DNA from: the human T2T-CHM13v2.0 reference genome, Homo sapiens
Direction: 5' to 3' (one strand)
Length of the DNA: 64,000 nt
Assembly (NCBI RefSeq): GCF_009914755.1
Contig: NC_060926.1
This document shows, piece after piece, positions 46,301-64,000 of this stretch. Both the position numbers and the translations under genes were made by a program. The notes beneath the pieces are model-generated. The model was given only the letters and a program-made list of their open reading frames with translations, ran no database searches and had not been told where the DNA came from. How positions within the stretch are numbered: position 1 is the stretch's first letter; every line of letters starts with the position of its first letter.

Positions 46301-46981
46301 ATGGCTTATCCAGTTCAATTAGGCCTTCAAGACACCACATCCCCTATTATAGAAGAACTACTCACTTTCCATGACCATGCTCTTATAATTATTTTCCTAA
46401 TTAGTTCCCTGGTCCTAGACATCATTTCCCTAATACTCACAACAAAATTAACTCATACTGGCACCATAGATGCTCAAGAAATCGAAACTGTGTGAACTGT
46501 TTTACCTGCCATTATCTTAATTTTAATTGCCCTCCCATCCCTACGTATTGTGCACATAATAGACAAGGTTAACAATCCTTCTCTTACTGTCAAAGCAGTT
46601 GGCCACCAGTGATATTGAAGCTCTAAATATACAGACTATGAAGAGTTAGGCTTTGATTCTTATATGATTCCAACAGCAGACTTAAAGCCAGAACTTCGAC
46701 TCCTTGAAGTTGATAACTGAACAATTCTCCCAACAGAGATCCCTGTCCATATATTAATCTCATCCGAAGACATCCTGCATTCATGAACTATCCCCTTACT
46801 GGGCCTCAAAACAGATGGAATCCCCGGACGCTTAAATTAAACTACCTTAACTGCTACATGTCCAGGCCTTTACTATGGACAGTGCTCAGAAATTTGTGGG
46901 TCTAACCACAGTTTTATACTTATTGTCCTAGAATTAACCCCCTTAAAATGCTTTGAAACCTGATCCACGTCTGCACTATAA
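46301..46981 (+). pseudogene. NUMT COX2
   Basis: [28 protein letters not shown]...[13 protein letters not shown]. Confidence 0.95.
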
Positions 46982-46984
46982 TAT

Positions 46985-47053
46985 CACTGTAAAGCTATCT
47001 AGCATTAACCTTTTAAGTTAAAGATGGAGGGGATCTGCACCTATTTGCAGTGA
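46985..47053 (+). tRNA. NUMT mt-tRNA-Lys pseudogene
   Basis: cactgtaaagcta...ttaaccTTTtaagttaaag...cagtga. Confidence 0.9.
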
Positions 47054-47257
47054 ATGCCTAAACTAGATACTTCCACATGATCCATTGTCATCCTGTCAAT
47101 AATCGTAACTTTATGCTCCATTATTCAGTTAAAATTATCAAATTTCATTTATTATACAGCCCCTATACCAAAAACAATCAAAACCCAAAAACATAAAGCC
47201 CCCGAGAATTAAAAAGAACGAAAATCTATTCACCTCTTACTACCCCGACAATTCTAG
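47054..47257 (+). pseudogene. NUMT ATP8
   Basis: ATG CCT AAA CTA GAT ACT TCC after tRNA-Lys. Confidence 0.85.
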
Positions 47258-47891
47258 GTCTACCTGCAGTAGTATTAATCATTTTATTTTCCCCTGTACT
47301 ATTTCCAACCTCCAGTCATCTAATCAGTAACTGATTGATTTCCATTCAACAGTGACTAATTCAACTTGTACTAAAACAAATAATAATAACCCATAATATT
47401 AAAGGATGAACCTGATCCCTTATACTGATCTCCCTAATTCTCTTCATTGCCTCAACCAATCTCCTTGGGCTTCTACCCCATTCATTTATACCAACTACCC
47501 AATTATCAATAAACCTAGGTATAGCAATCCCCTTATGAGCAGGCACAGTCATTACAGCCTTCTGCTTCAAGACAAAAACCTCCTTAGCTCACTTTTTACC
47601 ACAAGGCACACCTATACCACTTATCCCTATGCTAGTGATCATTGAAACTATTAGCCTATTCATTTAACCAATGGCACCAGCTGTGCGATTAACAGCCAAC
47701 ATTACAGCTGGAAACCTGCTAATACATTTAATCGGAGGAGCCACACTAGTTCTGTCAACTATCAGTCTTCCCACAGCTTCAATCGCTGTCATTATTCTAA
47801 TCCTACTAACCATCCTCGAATTCGCCGTAGCCCTCATTCAGCCTACGTCTTAACACTGCTAGTAAACCTTTACCTGTACAACAACACATAA
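47214..47891 (+). pseudogene. NUMT ATP6
   Basis: [26 protein letters not shown]; start codon mutated. Confidence 0.93.
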
Positions 47892-48663
47892 TGACCCACT
47901 ATACACATGCCTACCATATAGTCAAACCCAGCCCCTGACCACTAACAGGAGCTCTCTCATCTCTCCTAATAACATCTGGCCTGGCCATGTGATTTCATTT
48001 TAACTCTATCACCCTTTTAACCCTGGGCCTACAAACCCACACACTAACTATATACCAGTGATGATGTGACATTATCTGAGAAATTACATTTCAAGGCCAC
48101 CACACATCAATCGTCCAAAAAGGCCTCTGATATGGAATAATTCTATTATTATCTGAGAAGTATTTTTTGCTGGTTTCTTCTGGGTATTCTACCACTCTAG
48201 TCTAGTCCCAATTCCAGAATTAAGGGGACACTGACCCCCAACAGGTATTCCTCCCCTCAACCCCTTAGAAGTCCCCCTCCTGAATACATCTGTATTACTT
48301 ACATCAGGATTTTCGATTACTTGCACTCCACTGCCTGATAGAAGGTAGTCGAAAGCAGATACTTCAAGCACTATCAATCACAATTACCTTAGGTATTTAC
48401 CCTTCTACAAGCCTCAGAATATTTCCAGGCCCCCTTTACTATCTCTGATGGAATCTACAGCTCAACATTCTTTACAGCCACAGGCTTTCATGGATTTCAT
48501 GTTATTATTGGATCAACATTTCTCACTATCTGCCTCCTCCACCAATTAAAATTCCACTCTACATCCAATCACCACTTTGCCTTTGAAGTTGCCGCCGGAT
48601 ATTGACACTTTGTAGATGTAGTATGACTATTCTTATATGTCTCTATCTATTGATGAGGGTCCT
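47891..48663 (+). pseudogene. NUMT COX3
   Basis: MTHYTHAYHIVKPSP...[15 protein letters not shown]. Confidence 0.93.
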
Positions 48664-48731
48664 ACTCTTTTAGTATAAACAGTACCATTGACTTCCAATC
48701 AATTAGTTTCCATAATATCCAAAAGAGAGTA
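48664..48731 (+). tRNA. NUMT mt-tRNA-Gly pseudogene
   Basis: actcttttagtataa...gactTCCaatcaa...gagagta. Confidence 0.9.
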
Positions 48732-49076
48732 ATCAACCTGACACTAGCCCTAGTAACCGACACCTTACTGGCCCTATTACTAATAATAATCGCATTTTGG
48801 CTTCCACAGCTTAATATCTATATAGAAAAATCCAGCCCCTATGAATGCGGATTTGACCCCTAGCCTCCGCCTGCCTCCCCTTTTCCATTACATTCTTCCT
48901 AGTAGCCATCACATTCCTCCTCTTCGACTCAGAGATCGCTCTACTACTACCCCTGCCATGAGCCCTTCAAACAACCAACCTGACACTAATGATCAGCACA
49001 GCCCTTATACTAGTTACCATTTTAATCCTAGGCTTGATTTATGAATGAGCCTAAAAAGGATTAGACTGTGTTGAAT
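48732..49076 (+). pseudogene. NUMT ND3
   Basis: [12 protein letters not shown] motif. Confidence 0.92.
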
Positions 49077-49142
49077 TGTAAATAGTTTAAGTCAAAATAA
49101 ATGATTTTGACTCATTAGATTATGGTAGACCATATTTACCAA
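49077..49142 (+). tRNA. NUMT mt-tRNA-Arg pseudogene
   Basis: aatagtttaa...aatgattttgactcatta...tttaccaa; anticodon TCG decayed to TTG. Confidence 0.85.
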
Positions 49143-49430
49143 ATCCCTGCGATTTATATCAATATTATATTAGCATATACCATACCACTGCTAGGAGTAT
49201 TCATCTATCGATCCCACCTAATATCATACCTATTATGCCTAGAAGGCATAATACTATCAGTATTTATCATAAATACTCATAACTTTAAATATACATTTCA
49301 CTCTAGCATCGATAATACCCATTATTCTCCTAGTATTTGCTGCCTGTGAAGCTGCAGTGGGCCTTGCCTTACTAGTTTCAATCTCCAGTACATATGGTCT
49401 AGATTATGTACAAAATCTAAATTTACTTCA

Positions 49431-49437
<7 letters not shown>
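49143..49437 (+). pseudogene. NUMT ND4L
   Basis: [16 protein letters not shown]...[14 protein letters not shown]. Confidence 0.92.
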
Positions 49438-51345
<1,908 letters not shown>

Positions 51346-51359
51346 AGGTGGGGGGAGCG

Positions 51360-51425
51360 GGTAAAATGGCTGAGCAAGCATTAGACTGTAAATCTAAAGA
51401 CAGAGGTTAAGGCCTCTTTTTACCA
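51360..51425 (+). tRNA. NUMT mt-tRNA-Tyr pseudogene
   Basis: ggtaaaatggctgag...gactGTAaatctaaagacagagg...ttttacca. Confidence 0.92.
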
Positions 51426-51484
51426 GCCCTGAGGAGATTTTTCATGTTGAATTGCAAATTCAAAGGTGCAGCTTCAATCCTGCT
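51425..51484 (+). tRNA. NUMT mt-tRNA-Cys pseudogene running toward OriL
   Basis: agccctgagg...ttgaattGCAaattcaaagg..gcagcttcaa. Confidence 0.85.
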
Positions 51485-51822
51485 GGTTATTTTTATAAAA
51501 AATTAACCTTCTATATGCTCTTTCTTAGGAAGCAATTATAAAACAAAGGAATAAACAAGCAAATAAAAAAGGAAGACCCTGGGTTGAGGGAACGTGGGAT
51601 ACATGCACAGACAAGTGTAGGGAAATGCCAGGAAATCATAGGATAGCTATACAGAAGTCCTAGAACATAATCGAGTTCAGACAGAGCAGGAGAAAAGAAG
51701 GTTCCATTTGGTTGCCTTTAAGGGAAAAAACAAACCACTATCACTTTCAGAGAGATTTAACAATTCTTTTGAGGTTTTGGGAAGGGCAATGAAAATAAGC
51801 AAATGACTACTTTAAAAAATCA

Positions 51823-52143
<321 letters not shown>

Positions 52144-52434
52144 CTAATAGTATTTGTTTAAACTGTGTATGTAGATTGCTTTTATACAACATTAAAATTT
52201 AAAATATTCTCTCAAGAGTGAAAAGATATAAGTGTAAAAGTATCATAGACCGTTGTATGTAATGGTGTGTCCATTAGCAGGAGACTGGTTAAATTATGGT
52301 ACTGCCAAATGATAGAATACTATGTATTCTTTAAAGGGAATGAGATAGACTCTAGATGTCTACTGAGTCAAAATATGTCCTAGATATATGTTTAAGGGAA
52401 AAAAAAATACAGGTTTCAAAAATTATACCCATAA

Positions 52435-52758
<324 letters not shown>

Positions 52759-52873
52759 TAAGTAAAAAAAAGTCTTATAAATGTATATTACATTATACAT
52801 AGAAAAATGAAAGGTTGGGGGAATTGTGGAATTTTGTTTTCTAATTTAATAATTTTTATATTGAATTGTTTAG

Positions 52874-53004
52874 GTGAGAATGGACTTCGTGTACTCAGAA
52901 AAAAATCAACACAGATGAATTTCTAATATGATTACTTTGGACTTATAAATCAATTTTTCCATAGCTTCTGTTAACAATATTCATTCATCAAACTATTGTC
53001 TTGG
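52874..53004 (+). pseudogene. Possible relic exon: GENGLRVLRKKSTQMNF*YDYFGLINQFFHSFC*QYSFIKLLSW
   Basis: Acceptor ttgtttag; donor TGG/gtatta. Confidence 0.4.
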
Positions 53005-53482
53005 GTATTAGAGAGACAGACATGAATAAAATATATTTTCTGCCTTCAATTTTATCACACTCCAGTGGAACAGTTTTTAAAGTACTCTGTGTTTCAGGGG
53101 TGCAGTATATGTTTTGATCTGAATTTCATTTTCAAAACATATTTTGCTTTTCCTGAGACAGTGTCTTGGTCTGTCGCCCAGGCTGGAGTGCAGTGGTGTG
53201 ATCATGGCTCCTGCAGCCTCTGTCTCCTGGGCTAAAAGAATCCTCTTGTTTCAGCCTTCTGAGTAGCTGGTACTACAGGTGTGCACCACCCTGCCTGGCT
53301 AATTTTTTGATTTTTTGTAGAGATGAGGTCTTGCTCTGTTGCTCGGGCTGGTCTCCAACTCCTGAGCTCAAGCGATCCTCTTGCCTTGGCCTCCCAAAGT
53401 GCTGAGATTGTAGGCCTGAGCCACCGTGCCTGGCCCAAAACATATTTTAAATATTTAAAAACCAATAATAAAATTCAATTAA

Positions 53483-53789
<307 letters not shown>

Positions 53790-53865
53790 TAGGTGTGAGC
53801 CACCATGCATGGCCAATATAATAAATTTTAATATACCAGGGCCACTACTAGTTAATATCTGCTGA

Positions 53866-54121
<256 letters not shown>

Positions 54122-54215
54122 TGATTTACCTGCCTCGGCCTCCGAAAGTGCTGGGATTACAGGCATGAGCCACTGCGCCTGGCCAATATTTTCTTTATGT
54201 AGACTTCAGTGTTAA

Positions 54216-54521
<306 letters not shown>

Positions 54522-54624
54522 TAGCCAGGATGGTCTCGATCTCCTGACCTTGTGATCCGCCAGCCTTGGCCTCCCAAAGTGCTGGGATTACAGGCGTGAG
54601 CCACCATACCCAGCCTGGTCTATT

Positions 54625-54663
54625 TCATTAGCGCTACACTCTAACCAACTGAACTAACCAGCC
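54625..54663 (-). pseudogene. 5' half of cytosolic tRNA-Ile(AAT); tailless retrocopy
   Basis: Reverse complement GGCTGGTTAGTTCAGTTGGTTAGAGTGTAGCGCTAATGA; ends just after the anticodon. Confidence 0.8.
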
Positions 54664-54690
54664 AGCTAAACTGTTCTTTTTAAAATCCAG

Positions 54691-54837
54691 GTCTGCATAT
54701 GTCTCCTTAGAGAAAAATCTCCAGGTAACTACACAACCACAGCTTCTGTGTGCTGAGCACAATTAAACATCTAGCAAAATTCATCAGTTTGATGTACATT
54801 CTTATGTACAATAACAAATACATGGATAACATGTCAG
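54691..54837 (+). pseudogene. Possible relic exon, 147 nt
   Basis: Acceptor ttctttttaaaatccag; strong donor CAG/gtaagg. Confidence 0.5.
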
Positions 54838-55111
54838 GTAAGGTAGATAGGGTTTTGCAGATTCTTCAATTTAGAGCTTTATACATTTTCAGTGTTTGCC
54901 TGAATTTTGTAAGAAAGCATGTGAGCAGTTGTCTGTTTTTGTGAACCAATTTTTAAAACATTTATCATGGCTGCTGAAATAGATACAAAGTAACAATAGA
55001 ATAAGGAACCACCCTATACTTGTCACCCTGCTTCAACAATTATCCATATTCTGCCATTCTTGTAGCATCTATATCTCCATTTGATCTCCTCTTTATTATT
55101 ATTTTTTCCAG

Positions 55112-55460
55112 TATTTTCCATTGCTCCTATTTCAAGTCTGAATCTGCCTAGTTGCAGAGCAATTAAAAGCACACCATTGGCCACGCGTGTGGCCCATGCC
55201 TGTATTCCCAACACTTTGGGAGGCCAAGGCAGGTGGATCACCTAAGATTGGGAGTTTGAGACCAGCCTGATCAACATGGAGAAACCCTGTCTCCACTAAA
55301 AATTAGCCGGGCATGGTGGCGCATGCCTGTAATCCCAGCTACTTGGGAGGCTGAGGCAGGAGACTCGCTTGAACCCCGGAGGCAGAGGTTTTGGGGGCAC
55401 CGAGATCGCGCCATTGCACTCCAGCCTGGGCAACAAGAGCAAAACTCCATCTCAAAAAAC

Positions 55461-55492
<32 letters not shown>

Positions 55493-55619
55493 AACACTGT
55501 TGCCATTTGCAATTACTTCTCTGTATTAATAAGGATTTTCTCAATATTGCTCAACCCAAACAAAATACAGAAATATTTTGGATACTGAAACTATCATTTA
55601 TAAACCCTAATTTCAAATT
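55112..55619 (+). pseudogene. Possible relic exon split by an Alu
   Basis: Acceptor attttttccag; donor ATT/gtaatg; Alu 55179-55493 lies inside. Confidence 0.35.
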
Positions 55620-55869
55620 GTAATGCTCACCAAAATAACCTTGTTTTCTGAGATTACTTTTTTTACATTAGATCTTTCTTCAGGGGCTAAAATGAATACA
55701 TAAACATTGCTTTTAAAACTTCAAATAGTACAAAGAGGGTGTATACAAAAGGACATGTTCTTCCTTTCTCTACCCCTCCCAGTTCCCCTTTTCAGAGGCC
55801 AGTTTCTTGGGAGAACCTCCAGATATTCTATGCATGTGCATATAACTATGCATATAACTAAAGTCTTTA

Positions 55870-56358
<489 letters not shown>

Positions 56359-56369
56359 TGAGTAGCTAG

Positions 56370-56912
<543 letters not shown>

Positions 56913-57037
56913 GTAATATTCACCAATTCCAAACATAATTTCTTTCATTCTCCTTCTTCTTCCCTTTTCTCTTCTTCCCAGCATGTTAGATGGTAGGTAC
57001 AAAATATCTTGGGCAGCTGCTGGTCTGTTGAAAATCA

Positions 57038-57364
<327 letters not shown>

Positions 57365-57768
57365 CTACTGTGGTGAAAGGATGCTGGAATAAGAGTCGAA
57401 AGACCCCAGTTCTAATTTTAGGAAGCCATTTAACCTCTTTAGTTTCCTCATTTATATCATGAAGATACCATATGCCTGTCTTTTTTATTAGATTTTTGAG
57501 ACAGTCTGCTGAACTAGAGTACCATCATATGGTGAAACCAAATTGGCTTTGGAGTCTAAAATCATGGGTTTGAAATCAGTAGGTTTTTTGTTTTGTTTTG
57601 TTTTGTTTTGTTTTGTTTGCTACTGTGAATGGTATAGTTGCTAAATCATTCATTTCTTTAGCAGGAAATTATTGGGTATCTGCCATATGCCAGCCTCTGC
57701 TAGGCATAAAGATACAAAGGTGGACAAGACAGACAGGATCTTAAATTGTAATTTTTTTGAGCACTTAG

Positions 57769-58275
<507 letters not shown>

Positions 58276-59327
58276 TAGTGCAGTCTCGGCTCACTGCACC
58301 CCCTTCCGGGTTCAAGTGATTCTCCTGCCTCAGCCTCTGGAGTAGCTGGGATTACAGGCACCCGCCTTGGTGCCTGGCTAATTTTTGTATTTTTAGTACA
58401 GACGGGGGTTTTGCCATATTGGCCAGGCTGGTCTCAGACTCCTGACCTCAAGTGATATGCCTGTCTCGGCCTCCCAAAGTGCTGGGATTACAGCACCTGG
58501 CCTCAACATTTATTTTAAATAATTCATTAGAAACTCAAACCTAGTATGTACAAACCTAAACTGATTTCAGTACCATGGCTTTTCCTTCCTCCACTCTTCC
58601 CCTTCTCTATAAACACACCACCATCTACCACGATTTTCAAGCCAGAAATCTGGGGGACTTCCCCAAGAGACCTCCCATACTTCCTATCACCTGCAAGACG
58701 AGTTAACTCTACCTAGAAGGTAGGTCTTCTAGTGAATCCATCCACTTTTTCTGTCTCTGAAATCCCCCTTGCTCAGACTTCTTTGCAATAGGCTTCTTAC
58801 GATTTTCATTACTTCCTGATCTCCTACAAGCCATTCTCCATACAGTAGCCAGAGTGGAGTTGATTCTCAGCGTGAAAACAACAGCAACAGCAGCAAACTT
58901 TAATTCCCAAACCTTCCTGAGAAGATTCTTCCTCTGGGTTCTGGAGCTTCTGTTGTGCTACTCAGGATAAATTAATTAGAGATGCAGAAATAGTGAGGTC
59001 AGAAGGAACAGATTGATATACTTTAGTTTAGCAAAGGCAGGGAGCTATTCAAGAAGCAAGAATGAAGCCTAGGAGGTGAGAGAATGAGGCCAAAGAAAGA
59101 AGAGCCAGGCCCAGGTCTGGCCTATTTTTAGAGAGACGAGGGACTGGAGACTGTTGCTGTGTTGTGATGAGTAGAACTTGGAGACAGAGATCAAGTTTTT
59201 TTATCGTGTCTATTGAGACTCATGCAAATAAATTCCCCTTTCATAACGTTTTGTTATATGTCAAATATCATGCTTATTTCATAGATTTCAGTACATATTA
59301 GATAGCCTTTCAGTCCTACTTTAACAG

Positions 59328-59399
59328 GTGTCTGTTGTTTCTTTTGAGTGAGACCTTGTGCTGATGGAGGCAATGAATGAGCTCAGCTCTATTCAAAAT

Positions 59400-59420
<21 letters not shown>
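59328..59420 (+). pseudogene. Possible relic exon: VSVVSFE*DLVLMEAMNELSSIQNTLLYLE
   Basis: Acceptor cctactttaacag; no clear donor. Confidence 0.3.

Positions 59421-64000
<4,580 letters not shown>

Overview
Repeat-rich primate nuclear DNA (Alu, L1PA/L1PB, ERV9 LTR12; an SVA piece points to a hominoid). I find no intact protein-coding gene: almost all supplied ORFs are Alu, L1 or NUMT translations. Main observations: (1) a candidate dead multi-exon gene on the + strand, seen as about 20 exon-like segments at 261-42690 with AG/GT boundaries that mostly join in phase, plus about 8 weaker ones out to about 63800. They carry stops and frameshifts, several are split by TSD-flanked Alu/L1 insertions, and the exons at 33906-39405 show ordered motif similarity (by eye, from memory) to the CLU domain of CLUH. 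(2) A rearranged NUMT at 45661-51484: COX1 3' to ND4 on +, then inverted ND4, CYTB, COX1 5', tRNA-Tyr and tRNA-Cys pieces, with an in-frame COX1-CYTB junction. (3) A near full-length L1PB carrying nested Alus, a 3'-transducing SVA and a 3 kb SATR-type satellite lodged inside an Alu. (4) Local templated duplications and a tailless tRNA-Ile half. The NUMT layout recalls the human 2q33 BMPR2-FAM117B interval; that is unverified recollection. Repeat coordinates and subfamily calls are read by eye and approximate.
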